Counted from the first letter of the stretch, positions 27,749-38,544 are shown. The stretch is 64,000 nt of DNA from a virus (IMGVR_UViG_3300028602_000002:51423-115422); one strand, 5' to 3'. Translations and numbers: made by a program. Notes: generated by a model from the sequence alone, not told the origin.

Positions 27749-28276
27749 TTATATAATTCTATGAACAATATCATAGATTTCTTCTATTGTATCATTATAT
27801 ACTCGATAATCTGTTTTAATATTCTTATTATATGGCTTATCAACTGCTATTTTTATACCTTGGAAGTTTTCTAAAAAGAAAGGGCTATCGTCAACTATTA
27901 CATTCGCATTTATTAATTGCTTACTACCAGTTATGATTACTTCTTTTTGACAGTCAATAAATGGCATGTGTTTTCTAAGCCAATTAAATTTAGATTTAGC
28001 TATACTGGCTTGACCAGCCGCATCAGTTGCTATAAGAATACCAAACTTATCTTTTTTCAATTTACTTACAATCTCTATAGCATTTGGATAAGGCTCTAAA
28101 TCATCAAAGAAACCCTCTTGAAGGAAAATATTAGCTATATCTTGTCCAAATTGCCACTCAGTAAAATCTTTTTCAGTTAGATTTTTATTGAATTTTAGAT
28201 TATACTCTTTTAATAATTTCTTTAAGAATTGAACAATTACCTCATCCATATCAAACACTATTTTAAAATCTCGCAT
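27749..28276 (-). CDS. 5'(3')-deoxyribonucleotidase (HAD, NT5C-like)
   Basis: FDMDEVI, K..WL..H.PF, IVDDSP, PYN. Confidence 0.88.
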   Translation of the reverse strand: MRDFKIVFDMDEVIVQFLKKLLKEYNLKFNKNLTEKDFTEWQFGQDIANIFLQEGFFDDLEPYPNAIEIVSKLKKDKFGILIATDAAGQASIAKSKFNWLRKHMPFIDCQKEVIITGSKQLINANVIVDDSPFFLENFQGIKIAVDKPYNKNIKTDYRVYNDTIEEIYDIVHRII

Positions 28277-28288
28277 TTCAACTCTCCT

Positions 28289-28867
28289 TTATATTGTATC
28301 TTCTTGATTTCTTCTATACTTTAATAAGTTGTAACGGTATGTTGAGGAATTGATAAAACCACAAGAGTTCATTTCTGGACAAAATCCTCTATACATACAC
28401 TCTGGAACACATTTCTCTACTACTTCAGGTAAGTGTTCTTTTAAATGAGTTAGAAATAAAAACCATGCTTCTTTGGTTTCCGCTGATGCTTTATTACATA
28501 ACCTTTTCCTGCTTATATTAATAATAGATTGTAAGTTTGCTGATACCCTCATAGTTACAGGAGAGTCTTGTGGTTTCTTTTTTCTACTTTCATGCTCTTG
28601 AGTACCATTTATATCATCCCTTTGTGTAGATACATAAGGTTGGAAACCTATATGGTGTCTAACCAAGTGAACATGTATCCAATAAGGTAAATCAATCCAT
28701 CTCCAGGTTACAGTTATTTCTCGAATTGGAGAATGCTCAGATAAGAGCATTCCCCTTTTCCAGGAAGTTGGAATTTCTTTTCCTGAGTATTGTTTCCCAA
28801 TAGTTTCTAGAGCAGCACTTTTGATTGATTTCCAATTACCTTTTATTTCAAGGATTTCAACTTTCAA
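28289..28867 (-). CDS. thyX: Flavin-dependent thymidylate synthase (ThyX-like)
   Basis: EHSP, HLVRHH......STQR, RLC..A..ET motifs; nucleotide-metabolism context. Confidence 0.75.
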   Translation of the reverse strand: MKVEILEIKGNWKSIKSAALETIGKQYSGKEIPTSWKRGMLLSEHSPIREITVTWRWIDLPYWIHVHLVRHHIGFQPYVSTQRDDINGTQEHESRKKKPQDSPVTMRVSANLQSIINISRKRLCNKASAETKEAWFLFLTHLKEHLPEVVEKCVPECMYRGFCPEMNSCGFINSSTYRYNLLKYRRNQEDTI

Positions 28868-28884
28868 TATATAATCACCCCTTA

Positions 28885-31236
28885 TTATCTAATTGCACAA
28901 CTTCCACCATCACAGTCATTTAGATCTCCAATATCTAATTCCATTTCTTGTTTTTCATATTTACTTAAAAGAGAAGGAATAAAAGGCTTCATAGCAGCTT
29001 TCCTTTTATTATATTCCTCTTCTGTAATTTGTTCATATGGCATTAACTTATAAAAAGAATCATCTAAGGATAAGAATGTTACAGCAACAACGCTATCCCA
29101 ATTATCCCAGATCCACTGTTCTACTTCTTCCCACTCATGATTCTGAACATGAACAGTAATAGAAGCATTGTGATCTACATAATCTTCCATAAATGATTTA
29201 TATGTTTCTAATTGCTCAATAGCAGACACATCATATTTGGTTCTATTGGCGGAAGATTTAACTGGAAATTCTATTACTTTAGTAGTACAATTCTCTTCTG
29301 TTTCTCCAACTTCTGGATAAATTGGATACCCTAATTCTTCACAGACTTGACACAAAGGATCTGTAGCTGTGATTCTAACTCTCCTAATATAATATGGAGA
29401 ATGTGCGTGATGTAAACCAGGTGATACTCCAGCTACTAAACTTAATGTCCCTTCTGGTTTAATGGTAGTAATAAGAATTGGTGGTTCGTCCCCACACTCA
29501 ATAGCAATCTGTTTTGCAGCTTTTTGAGACTCTTCTTTAAGTTTCCTTTTTATTTCTTTTTCTTCTTCTTTTGACATTCCAGTGGCAGCTACCATATCTT
29601 GCCAACCAGTCAAGGAGCAACCAATAATCTTAATCTTTTTATGAATTAAATTCCAATCATGTAATTCTAATTCTACTAATGACATGCGATAAGCCATTCG
29701 AATATTCAGTTCTTGATTTCTTAAGAGTTTTTTAATATTTAACTTACCATTCTCAACACAGCTTAAAACATTCTCAGTAACTAAATTGCATAGCCCTTTA
29801 TTAGTTAAAAGAACTTCTCCGCAAGGATTTAATCCTTCAAAATCAATAAATCTTTTAATGGCTTCAACAACGTTTACAAATCCTGGCTCTCCACTATGTC
29901 TAATCTGTTGAAAATGCCATTTTAATTGATCCCTAGTAGGCTTTTGCTGATAAAATATTGTATTATTAGACATCCTTCTATGGGATAAATGTTTATTTTC
30001 TACCCATCCTGAACTTTTCTTCTCAAATAAATTACTTTTTGCTTGCATAGACTCAGTGTCATCAGGACTAATTAAAGCCATTTGTGATGTGCGTCTAACG
30101 CCTCCAACTACTACATTTTCTCCTATAATATTTGCTATATCAATAACATTAATAGGTTCAAATGAAGCATATCCACCTTTATTACTTCTATCATATCCAC
30201 TTTTAATTACTCTATCAATTTTATAAAACATTTTTTTAATACTTTCATGACCAGAGGCTTTTCCACCAAAGGTATTTAATTTCTCACCAGCGCCTCTTAC
30301 ATGATTATAATTAAGAATTATTTTATTAACTGATTTATACATCTTATCAGTTAGAACTTTTAAAAATTCATATAGAGAGTCACTCCATCCTTCTTTGCTA
30401 TCTCCTACAATAATTTCAACAGTATTATTATCTATATAATATACAGAAGTATGATCAACTCTTTCTTCTTTAGGTGTTGCAATATAATCTTGATGAATTA
30501 CTTCAATAGTTGTTTTGAATTTTGGTAATAGCTTAACATCTGTTTTTAATACTCTAAAGCCAACACCAGTGCCAAGCATAAGGAGGTAAAATAAATCTCG
30601 GAATGCTTGGATTGAATTGATAACTAAAAACGCACAATTAAAATTTGACATTGGATAGTTTTCAGAGACCTTTGTACCACCAACCCAAAAAGTTCTACCA
30701 CTTGTAAACTGTCTTAAATTAAATACGTTGTCGTATAATTCTTCAGCTTCTTCTCTTGATGTGGTAGTTAAATTACAATTATATTCTATCGCTCTCCTAA
30801 CAGTTTCCCACCACTGTTCTCTTCTTTTTTCTTCTGGAATCCATCTAGAGTATGTTCTATAATAGGTAAACATTCCTAATTGATCCATTGGAGGTTCAGA
30901 GTGTTTGTATTGACTTAGGAATTCATCAGTGAGTAATGAAGGAGCGCCTTTCCTCTTCTCTCTTGTTTTACTTCTTTCATAGCGATAGATAATATATCTA
31001 CGAGCGACATCTTTTCTATTACTATTCATAAGTTCTTCTTCAACTAAATCTTGAATTTCTTCCACAGTAGGATCAGTTGCTTTTTCTTTTAAGTTATTCT
31101 CTATTTTAGAAGCTATTGATTGACTTAGCTCTTCATCTACCCCTATTAATGTTTCTTTCATAGCATTATTAATTGCAGTAGCAATCTTTCCTGAATTAAA
31201 GATTACTATTTTCCCGTCTCTTTTAATTAACTTCAA
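28885..31236 (-). CDS. nrdJ: Class II (adenosylcobalamin-dependent) ribonucleotide reductase with ATP cone
   Basis: ATP cone (IKRDG...FN..KI), RTYSR, NCAF, VGGVRR, NPCGE, TIKPEGT, C-terminal CDGGSC. Confidence 0.93.
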   Translation of the reverse strand: MKLIKRDGKIVIFNSGKIATAINNAMKETLIGVDEELSQSIASKIENNLKEKATDPTVEEIQDLVEEELMNSNRKDVARRYIIYRYERSKTREKRKGAPSLLTDEFLSQYKHSEPPMDQLGMFTYYRTYSRWIPEEKRREQWWETVRRAIEYNCNLTTTSREEAEELYDNVFNLRQFTSGRTFWVGGTKVSENYPMSNFNCAFLVINSIQAFRDLFYLLMLGTGVGFRVLKTDVKLLPKFKTTIEVIHQDYIATPKEERVDHTSVYYIDNNTVEIIVGDSKEGWSDSLYEFLKVLTDKMYKSVNKIILNYNHVRGAGEKLNTFGGKASGHESIKKMFYKIDRVIKSGYDRSNKGGYASFEPINVIDIANIIGENVVVGGVRRTSQMALISPDDTESMQAKSNLFEKKSSGWVENKHLSHRRMSNNTIFYQQKPTRDQLKWHFQQIRHSGEPGFVNVVEAIKRFIDFEGLNPCGEVLLTNKGLCNLVTENVLSCVENGKLNIKKLLRNQELNIRMAYRMSLVELELHDWNLIHKKIKIIGCSLTGWQDMVAATGMSKEEEKEIKRKLKEESQKAAKQIAIECGDEPPILITTIKPEGTLSLVAGVSPGLHHAHSPYYIRRVRITATDPLCQVCEELGYPIYPEVGETEENCTTKVIEFPVKSSANRTKYDVSAIEQLETYKSFMEDYVDHNASITVHVQNHEWEEVEQWIWDNWDSVVAVTFLSLDDSFYKLMPYEQITEEEYNKRKAAMKPFIPSLLSKYEKQEMELDIGDLNDCDGGSCAIR

Positions 31237-31255
31237 TAATATTCCTCCTATTGTG

Positions 31256-31537
31256 TTATACTTTCTCCTTCAATTCTCTAGATTTTAAGAAGGGTTCTAG
31301 TTCACTCCAGAATCCACTCATGCCACATTGAGATATAAAATAATCTGCACTAGCACCAGTTCGTCCTTGTATCTTAAACCCTTCATCATTCTCATATTCA
31401 TATGACCTAACAAACCCTTTTGCTATTAGAGTATTAGGTTTAAATCCATACCTTTTTAGTATTTCATAATGCCATTGATTCTCTACTTTATGCTCTACTT
31501 CATTAGCTTTATTGAAATCCTCTAACTCTTTATTCAT
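31256..31537 (-). CDS. Hypothetical protein
   Basis: 93 aa; SD ggagg. Confidence 0.6.
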   Translation of the reverse strand: MNKELEDFNKANEVEHKVENQWHYEILKRYGFKPNTLIAKGFVRSYEYENDEGFKIQGRTGASADYFISQCGMSGFWSELEPFLKSRELKEKV

Positions 31538-31541
31538 TAAT

Positions 31542-32108
31542 TTAGCCTCCTTGAGGTTGATAAGTTTTTTCAGCTGTTATAATTTTATCAATTTGTTGAT
31601 ACATGTCTACTAAAGAGCCATTATTATCAATCTGATAATCGCATTGAGAAATACATATCTTAGCCTCTTCTTCTATAATGTGATTAAAGTATTTTATTGG
31701 ATCTTCTCCATCTTTTTGGATTAATCTATCTCTCCTAATTTCATCATCTACATTAATACCAATAGTGGTAAAATCTCTATCTCTCCAATAAATCAAATCA
31801 GCGAATTTTCTTCCGTCAGCTATAACTATATCAGGAGGCATTTCTCCATATCCTAAATATAGGTCTTGTTGCTTTTGAACTAATTCCATTAATAAATTAT
31901 TCCAAACAAAACTCCCAAACATTACTCTACATTGTTCAGCAAAGAGCTGGTATAGAAATTTATTATCTAATTGCTGATAGTTCATCATGTTGGTAATTTT
32001 AGTAATATAAGAGGATATATTATACTTTAAACAATTTGTTGTTTTTATAAAATAATTAGCAGCGGTAGACCTTCCACAACCCATTGGACCAAATAAAATA
32101 ATATTCAT
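31542..32108 (-). CDS. P-loop nucleoside monophosphate kinase-like protein
   Basis: GPMGCGRS Walker-A variant, IADGR, R..RL, D..IDNNGS. Confidence 0.7.
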   Translation of the reverse strand: MNIILFGPMGCGRSTAANYFIKTTNCLKYNISSYITKITNMMNYQQLDNKFLYQLFAEQCRVMFGSFVWNNLLMELVQKQQDLYLGYGEMPPDIVIADGRKFADLIYWRDRDFTTIGINVDDEIRRDRLIQKDGEDPIKYFNHIIEEEAKICISQCDYQIDNNGSLVDMYQQIDKIITAEKTYQPQGG

Positions 32109-32182
32109 TAGTATTTCCGACCTCCTCCCACACCCACTATAAGCATTATAAATAAAACACCAAAAATTCCGATTACTTCCAT
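32108..32182 (-). CDS. 24-aa hydrophobic micropeptide
   Basis: MEVIGIFGVLFIMLIVGVGGGRKY*; SD gaggagg; TAATG coupling to the kinase start. Confidence 0.55.
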   Translation of the reverse strand: MEVIGIFGVLFIMLIVGVGGGRKY

Positions 32183-32183
32183 A

Positions 32184-35100
32184 TTATAGTCCCTCCTCTT
32201 TTGGATTATCTGCCCTATACGCTTCAGCGGAAATATCTCCTGTTTCTTCATCTATATCAGTGATTAAATATATTGCATGTTTAAACACTGAGTTTTTGTA
32301 AACTTTTGGCTGAAAAATATCCCCTCTTCTTATTCCAGTTAACAATAATTTATTACCTCTTTTGAACCATGATTTCTCTACTATTTTCTTTTTACCATCT
32401 TCTCCTGTTTCTGATATTTGCTTATCAAAATAACTAAATTGATCTCTATAAAGTTTAACATGAACTACTCCAGAAGTGGTTAATAATGTAACGGTATGTC
32501 TGTATTTATTTCTATCAAGAACTGTTCCAGCTATTCGATGTAATTTATATATTTTGATAATTCTTCCATATGCTTCATATTCATCCATTACAATGGGATT
32601 TTCTGGTAGTGAGTTAAAATCATCAATACTATATTTCTCTAAGTTTACTTTTGATAATTCATGTTCATGGTAATAGAATGAAACAGAATCCATTTCCCAA
32701 TGACTTATATTACCACTTGCATATTTTTCCCATTCTTCAATAAATAGTTTATAATTTAATTCTGTTAATAGCTCTGGAGTTTCTTTAATATATTTTCTAA
32801 CATCATCCATTTTCTTTTGATAAATTTTATCCCATTGTTTTTGGTTGATGTAGTATTTTTTATCCTTAACTATTAATAAATCATTATCAAAATTCTGTTG
32901 GTAAAAATCTAATGCTATAGAATCTAATTCAAAATTATTCCCTTCTTTGAATTTCTTTAAATATTTATTAAAGAAAAACACTCTTTCATGGAAATGTAAT
33001 TCTTCAGGAATTAATCCATACCTACTAAGCATTTGAAAGTTCTGTAAAGTTAGTCTTTTCTTTTCTCCACAAATAGACTTAATATACTCTTTCATAATCT
33101 CCACTTTATCTTTTCCTTCAATTTCATCAAATGCTCCTGCTTTTATTAAATTTATTACTTTATCTTTACTAATTTTAACCTTATTCAAAAAATCTTTCAA
33201 TGATTTATAAGGACGATTCTTAATAATTTCTATACATAAATCATTGCCAACTTTGTTAATACCTTTCAAACCAAAAAGAATTCTGTTATTTGGAGCATCT
33301 GGGACAAATCCAAATTTAGATTTATTAACATGAGGAAGGGCAATTTCTACTCCTCTGTTCATTATATTTCCAATAGCTGATGCAATCTTACCATAATCAG
33401 TAGTTTGTTGTTTCTCTTGCTCTTCATCAGCAGAGCCAGAATTTACAGATAAACAAGCAGTATTCCAGTAAACTGATGGATAATGAAATGCTAGATTCAT
33501 TTGTTGTAAAGCAATTAAAGAATAAGGCATAGTATGATTCTTACTGAATGAATACCCTAATTGTCTTTTAATTTGCACATTCCATACATAGTTTAGTAAA
33601 GTATCACTAGTGCCTGTAGCTTTACCCTTCTCAAAAAATTCTTTTTTAGATTCTAACATTACTTTTTCTGATTTCTTCCCAATAGCTTTCCTTAATTTAT
33701 TAGCTTCTGGAATTGAAAAATTAGAAATCTTTGGATCCATAGATAGCTCCATAACTACTTCTTGAGTGTCGGCAACTCCATAAATACTCTTTAAATGTTT
33801 TTCTAAGACTCTTACTTCATTATCTTTTAAACCATATAAACGCATTTCTTCATACCACAGATTAATATCTTCTTTAAATATTTTATATTCTTCTAGTGGT
33901 TGTTTAGAAGCCTCTGATGACATTAACCTCATAAGAGAGTTAGCAACAGCTAATTCTAAAAGATTAGTTGGTTTAACTAACTTAGCAGCGGCTAAACCTA
34001 CCTCTGTATCAAACTGGAACAAATCTATAATGTCATTGTTCCCAATCATTTTCCACATTTCTGGGGTTTGATAATCTAAAACATCTGGGTGTAGATATTT
34101 ATTATAGTTAGCTTTCAAGGTCATTTGATCCTCTATAACTTTATCTTCTAGCATGTAATCTAATGTTAGTCTGATTTTATCAAGAGCTTGAATAGTTAAG
34201 AAATCAAATTTCATACCTCCTAAATAGTCACTATCACCCATATCAAACTGTGTGATGATTTGTCCATTTGGTGCTCGCATTATCGCATTATAATTAATAT
34301 AACTACCATTGTAAATATAAACACCAGAGGCATGAACAGATCTTTTATTAACTAATCCTTCTATTTTAAGAATAATCTCTTTTAACCCTGGATAGCGGTC
34401 TATCTCCGTAACTAAATCTTTAACTGGTCTTCTTTGTTTTTCTTCATTTCCTTGAAGACAATCATTAATAGACCAATTAAAACCTCTTTCTACTGGTACT
34501 AAACTAGCCATATATAATGCAGTATCTACATCAATTCCGTCTTTAAAGTTTTCATCTCTATACCCTCTACAGGCTGTTAAAATAGCACTCTTAGAACTTT
34601 CTGTTCCAAAAGTACAAATATTAATCACAGAATCTTCACCAAAGAAATCTTTAACCGCTTCTAATATAGTAATTCTTTTGGTTGCTTGAGTATCAATATC
34701 AATATCAGGCATTTCTGGTCTTTCGGCAGTCAAATGTCTCCAATGAGGTAAATCCCAATCAACTGCATCCATTTGAACTATATCTGTAAGATAGCAAATG
34801 AAATATCCTGTAACACTTCCTCTTGCCGGTCCTACTATACTATCTCCATCTTCCCACATAATGTCTATAATTTTTTTAGCAGTATTATAATATGCTGATA
34901 CTCTATCATGTATAACATCACTAATTTTCCAAACTTCTTCTAACTCCATATCAATTCTTTTAATATGAATATCTTTAGTAAATTCCTTTTTTTGAGATTT
35001 TTCTTTATATCCTTCTTCGATTTGGTATAGTAAATATCTATCCTGTCCATTTTTACTATAGGCAAACTTTTTAATATATTCAAACTCATCATAGTAATTA

Positions 35101-36089
35101 ATAAATAAATGATTTAATTCAAACTCTGGCAAAGTGAATAGAGGAACTTGTGGCTCATCTTTTAAATCATATTCTTCACAGGCATTATAGATCCTCATAG
35201 TATTGATAATACATTCATTGGCACTTTTCTCTGAAAATCCATTGTATTCCATCAGATACCTTATGATTTCAGAAGTTGGCATCAGGAATGTGGAACTATA
35301 AAAATCGTCAACCTCTCTGTCACCTTGTTTGCTATTAAGATATGCTTTATGAATTGGTCTTTCACTTTTATTCAAATAATGAGCATCAGTAGTTATAATC
35401 AATGGTATTTCATAAGCACTAGCGATCTTTGCAGCGTGTATATTGTATAATATTTGCTCTTGACTCTCTTCACTTGGTTGAATTTCAATAAAAAAGTTCT
35501 CTTGCCCAAATAAATTAAGACACCATAATATAAAATTATGGATTTCTTCTTTAATCTTTTGATTATCTTCATCTACTGCATGTTGCAATACTTTTTGACC
35601 AAAAAAAGAACCAATACATGCTGTAGAGGCTATTAAATTTCCAGGAGATTTCTTAACTATTTCTTCTAATTGAGAGTAAGTTATAGGAACTCTATCCATT
35701 CCTTTTTGAGAGAAAGCATTACTCCAGGCTTGAGAACTTGCTTCTCTTAATAACTTATGACCTTCTTTATTTTTCGCTAACAATAGAAAGTGGTAATATC
35801 TCATTGTCTTAGAATCATAATTATCTTTATAATTATCTAAATCATCTATTAAATAGATTTCATTCCCTAAAATTAATTTAAAGTCTTTAGGAATTTTTCC
35901 CTTCTGTTTCTGTTCTTTAACATGTCTAATGGCTTTTACGTGACCAGATAAAGATTCATGGTCTGTTATTCCAATACCATTATATCCAGCTTCTACTGCC
36001 CCATTAATCAGGTCTGTTATCCCATTAATAGAATCTAGTAGTCTTAAATTTGAATACTCAGAGTGAGTATGAACATTTGTATAGTGCAA
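32184..36089 (-). CDS. dnaE: DNA polymerase III alpha subunit (family C)
   Basis: PHP motifs H.HSEYS..D, ITDH, TTDAHYL; GPARGS; PDIDID; HASG; KFDFL; YSFSKNH. Confidence 0.96.
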   Translation of the reverse strand: MHYTNVHTHSEYSNLRLLDSINGITDLINGAVEAGYNGIGITDHESLSGHVKAIRHVKEQKQKGKIPKDFKLILGNEIYLIDDLDNYKDNYDSKTMRYYHFLLLAKNKEGHKLLREASSQAWSNAFSQKGMDRVPITYSQLEEIVKKSPGNLIASTACIGSFFGQKVLQHAVDEDNQKIKEEIHNFILWCLNLFGQENFFIEIQPSEESQEQILYNIHAAKIASAYEIPLIITTDAHYLNKSERPIHKAYLNSKQGDREVDDFYSSTFLMPTSEIIRYLMEYNGFSEKSANECIINTMRIYNACEEYDLKDEPQVPLFTLPEFELNHLFINYYDEFEYIKKFAYSKNGQDRYLLYQIEEGYKEKSQKKEFTKDIHIKRIDMELEEVWKISDVIHDRVSAYYNTAKKIIDIMWEDGDSIVGPARGSVTGYFICYLTDIVQMDAVDWDLPHWRHLTAERPEMPDIDIDTQATKRITILEAVKDFFGEDSVINICTFGTESSKSAILTACRGYRDENFKDGIDVDTALYMASLVPVERGFNWSINDCLQGNEEKQRRPVKDLVTEIDRYPGLKEIILKIEGLVNKRSVHASGVYIYNGSYINYNAIMRAPNGQIITQFDMGDSDYLGGMKFDFLTIQALDKIRLTLDYMLEDKVIEDQMTLKANYNKYLHPDVLDYQTPEMWKMIGNNDIIDLFQFDTEVGLAAAKLVKPTNLLELAVANSLMRLMSSEASKQPLEEYKIFKEDINLWYEEMRLYGLKDNEVRVLEKHLKSIYGVADTQEVVMELSMDPKISNFSIPEANKLRKAIGKKSEKVMLESKKEFFEKGKATGTSDTLLNYVWNVQIKRQLGYSFSKNHTMPYSLIALQQMNLAFHYPSVYWNTACLSVNSGSADEEQEKQQTTDYGKIASAIGNIMNRGVEIALPHVNKSKFGFVPDAPNNRILFGLKGINKVGNDLCIEIIKNRPYKSLKDFLNKVKISKDKVINLIKAGAFDEIEGKDKVEIMKEYIKSICGEKKRLTLQNFQMLSRYGLIPEELHFHERVFFFNKYLKKFKEGNNFELDSIALDFYQQNFDNDLLIVKDKKYYINQKQWDKIYQKKMDDVRKYIKETPELLTELNYKLFIEEWEKYASGNISHWEMDSVSFYYHEHELSKVNLEKYSIDDFNSLPENPIVMDEYEAYGRIIKIYKLHRIAGTVLDRNKYRHTVTLLTTSGVVHVKLYRDQFSYFDKQISETGEDGKKKIVEKSWFKRGNKLLLTGIRRGDIFQPKVYKNSVFKHAIYLITDIDEETGDISAEAYRADNPKEEGL

Positions 36090-36119
36090 CTTCTTTCCTC
36101 CTTCAATTATTCTATATAT

Positions 36120-36148
36120 ATTATATCATAAATTCTAGGTTTTGTAAA
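36120..36148 (-). promoter_or_regulatory. sigmaA-type promoter for dnaE
   Basis: TTTACA-17-TATAAT with extended -10 TG. Confidence 0.75.
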
Positions 36149-36152
36149 GTAA

Positions 36153-36422
36153 TTAACTAATTGTATTATTGTAATATGATTGATACTCTTCATTCTTACT
36201 AAAGAAGTTAGTTTCACCATCCTGTGAAGAAAAATCTGCAAAGCTATTAAGGAATTCTTCAAACTGCCCATTTACTTGATCATCAATCATTCTTTCTACA
36301 GCTGGGTATAAAAATTTAAATCTTAAATATTTTATTGGCAATCTTAACTTACCCAAAATATAAACAACTTTACTCCAAAAGACAGCTTTTTTCCTATCTT
36401 TTTCTTTATAATATACTTTCAT
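36153..36422 (-). CDS. Hypothetical protein
   Basis: 89 aa; ATGA overlap with the upstream gene. Confidence 0.55.
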   Translation of the reverse strand: MKVYYKEKDRKKAVFWSKVVYILGKLRLPIKYLRFKFLYPAVERMIDDQVNGQFEEFLNSFADFSSQDGETNFFSKNEEYQSYYNNTIS

Positions 36423-36634
36423 TTAATAATCCTCCATTCATGAGGATAGTCTCTCCTAACGATTCTTAAAGCTATAATTTTTTGCAGATCGTGAATACCA
36501 TTAGTAAATTCTTCTAAATCATTAGGATGCTGTGGAGAGAGTTTTAAAAACTGATTATAAGCTGATACAATATGTTGCATTATATTAGACTCTTCATCAG
36601 TCATTCCTGACGATATTATATTTCTTTCTTCCAT
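36419..36634 (-). CDS. Hypothetical protein
   Basis: Likely start ATG 36634 (MEERNII) with SD ggag; the track ORF extends into the MTase. Confidence 0.55.
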   Translation of the reverse strand: MEERNIISSGMTDEESNIMQHIVSAYNQFLKLSPQHPNDLEEFTNGIHDLQKIIALRIVRRDYPHEWRIIK

Positions 36635-37434
36635 CCGTAATTCTCCAATCTTTTTCCAGCAATTGTAATATACTTTTGCACCATATCTATTCCTATCCAG
36701 TTTCTGTTTAATAAATGAGCCATCTTGCAAGTTGTGCCACTTCCACACAAAGGATCTAAAACTAAATCTCCTTCATTTGACCATGATAAAATATGATCTT
36801 TAGCTAGTTGTTCTGGGAAAATAGCAGGATGATCAAATGCTATCTTGTCTGGGGTAGATACATTACCACCAGCACTTATTCTCCAAATATTAAATCTCAT
36901 ACCATATTCTTGTGTGGGTTTTGTATCTGATCTTTCTTTTAAACTACCATCAAACTGTCTTATAGTATTCTTTCCCCATCGAGTTTGCCCAGCGTAAATA
37001 TTTTTTCTATCTTTAATTGGATTAAAAGTTTTTAATTTACCTTTCACTAAGACAAACATATACTCAAAAATTTGATGATACCTATTACTAGAAGGATTAG
37101 AAAAGCCTGTTTTTTCATAAATCATAGTATCATGGATTTTAAATCCACAACCATCTTTAAAATAGAGAGCATGTTTAAAAGAAGTTAAGCTTTCTGTTCC
37201 ATCCTTTGTTTGGTCTCCTACAATCCATACTACTACTCCACCTGGTTTAGTTACTCTGTATAGTTGTTTAGCGATACTTTTAAAATCCTCAAATGTAAAT
37301 AATGATCCTTCATAGCTTCTCATTTTATCATAAGGTGGAGATGTTATTGTTAAATCTACAAAATTAGCAGGCATATCACACATTATTTCTGCCGCTTCTC
37401 CTATATAAAATCTATTTACTTCTATCTTAATCAC
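36616..37434 (-). CDS. DNA methyltransferase, N4-C/N6-A, beta class
   Basis: TSPPY precedes HPAIFP and LDPLCGSGTT. Confidence 0.92.
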   Translation of the reverse strand: MIKIEVNRFYIGEAAEIMCDMPANFVDLTITSPPYDKMRSYEGSLFTFEDFKSIAKQLYRVTKPGGVVVWIVGDQTKDGTESLTSFKHALYFKDGCGFKIHDTMIYEKTGFSNPSSNRYHQIFEYMFVLVKGKLKTFNPIKDRKNIYAGQTRWGKNTIRQFDGSLKERSDTKPTQEYGMRFNIWRISAGGNVSTPDKIAFDHPAIFPEQLAKDHILSWSNEGDLVLDPLCGSGTTCKMAHLLNRNWIGIDMVQKYITIAGKRLENYGWKKEI

Positions 37435-37440
37435 CTACTT

Positions 37441-37743
37441 TTAAATATTTATCCATAAAGCTGAAAAATTAAAATCTAAAATAGTGTTGTTTTCTTTCTT
37501 TTGAATAGATAATTCTGGTTCAATTCTTGTCCACAATTTTCCTTTTATTATTAATTCATCTTTATCATGCCAATTTGCTTCTGTAACTATACCTATTACT
37601 CCATCATTTTTATCAACTATAGGAGCATCTTTAAAAGAATTTATTGCTTTTTCGATAGCTTGTTTTGTAAATTGAATTTTATTTTTATTATCAATCAAAG
37701 GAAGACTTAAAGAAAATACACATTCAACTATATCTTTTCTCAT
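37441..37743 (-). CDS. Hypothetical protein
   Basis: 100 aa ORF in the operon. Confidence 0.55.
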   Translation of the reverse strand: MRKDIVECVFSLSLPLIDNKNKIQFTKQAIEKAINSFKDAPIVDKNDGVIGIVTEANWHDKDELIIKGKLWTRIEPELSIQKKENNTILDFNFSALWINI

Positions 37744-37756
37744 TTTATATCACCCT

Positions 37757-38299
37757 TCAAAATAACCAATCAATGAAAGGTTTTCCTTTATATTGTTTAT
37801 TCCAAATGAACCAAGCAAAAGCCATCTTACTTCCAGTCATTGGTTCTCCCTCTTTTAACATAATAACTCTTTTAGAAAAAACATAAACCTTCTCTAAAGT
37901 ATTTTCTTCTTTGAAGAAAACATATCTGCTTTGTGCTTCTAAGAAAGCTAATCTAAGTAAGAGACAAATTTTTTGATCAGCTAAAGTTAAACAATGTTTT
38001 ACTAAATCTAAAATTTTCCTTCCATAAGGTGGATTAGTAATTAAATTATTAGCTTGAATACCTTCTAAGGAAAAAATGTCCACTCCGCCATTTCCATAAA
38101 TTCCCTCTGGTCTTAAATCTGAGGAAATAACTTGATATCCAGAGGCTTCAAGCACTTTACTAATCGCTCCATTTCCACTACATGGTTCTAAAATAGTTCC
38201 TTCAAATTTCTCTACTTCTAATAGTTTATCTACTGCATATTTAGGAGTTTCATAGAAATCAAAAGGAACACTATTAGTTCTACTATCTGCATAAGCCAT
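37757..38299 (-). CDS. Small phage DNA N6-adenine methyltransferase
   Basis: DFYETP, LEPCSGNG, ITNPPY, AWFIW. Confidence 0.85.
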   Translation of the reverse strand: MAYADSRTNSVPFDFYETPKYAVDKLLEVEKFEGTILEPCSGNGAISKVLEASGYQVISSDLRPEGIYGNGGVDIFSLEGIQANNLITNPPYGRKILDLVKHCLTLADQKICLLLRLAFLEAQSRYVFFKEENTLEKVYVFSKRVIMLKEGEPMTGSKMAFAWFIWNKQYKGKPFIDWLF

Positions 38300-38301
38300 T
38301 G

Positions 38302-38538
38302 TTATTCAACCTTCGTTATATCTTCTGACATTACAGTAATTGTATTTTTATTATTTACATAAATACTGCAAATAAAGTCTGGCGGAGTTGTCTCAAATGT
38401 TTTTACTATTTCTCCTCTTGAACCTCTCACTTTAAAAGTATTTGTTTCAATAGTTATTTGAGTTAATATTCCTCTAACTCCTCTAAAATCTCCATTACAA
38501 ACAATTACTTCTCTACCAATTAAGTTATCTTTCTCCAT
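38302..38538 (-). CDS. Hypothetical protein (KOW/SH3-like)
   Basis: 78 aa; G..V.V..G.F.G..G pattern. Confidence 0.5.
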   Translation of the reverse strand: MEKDNLIGREVIVCNGDFRGVRGILTQITIETNTFKVRGSRGEIVKTFETTPPDFICSIYVNNKNTITVMSEDITKVE

Positions 38539-38544
38539 TGAATC

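Noticed and set aside
28885-36089. Inteins or introns in nrdJ or dnaE
   Set aside because: Both frames are continuous and of ordinary length, with no intein splice motifs or LAGLIDADG blocks noticed.
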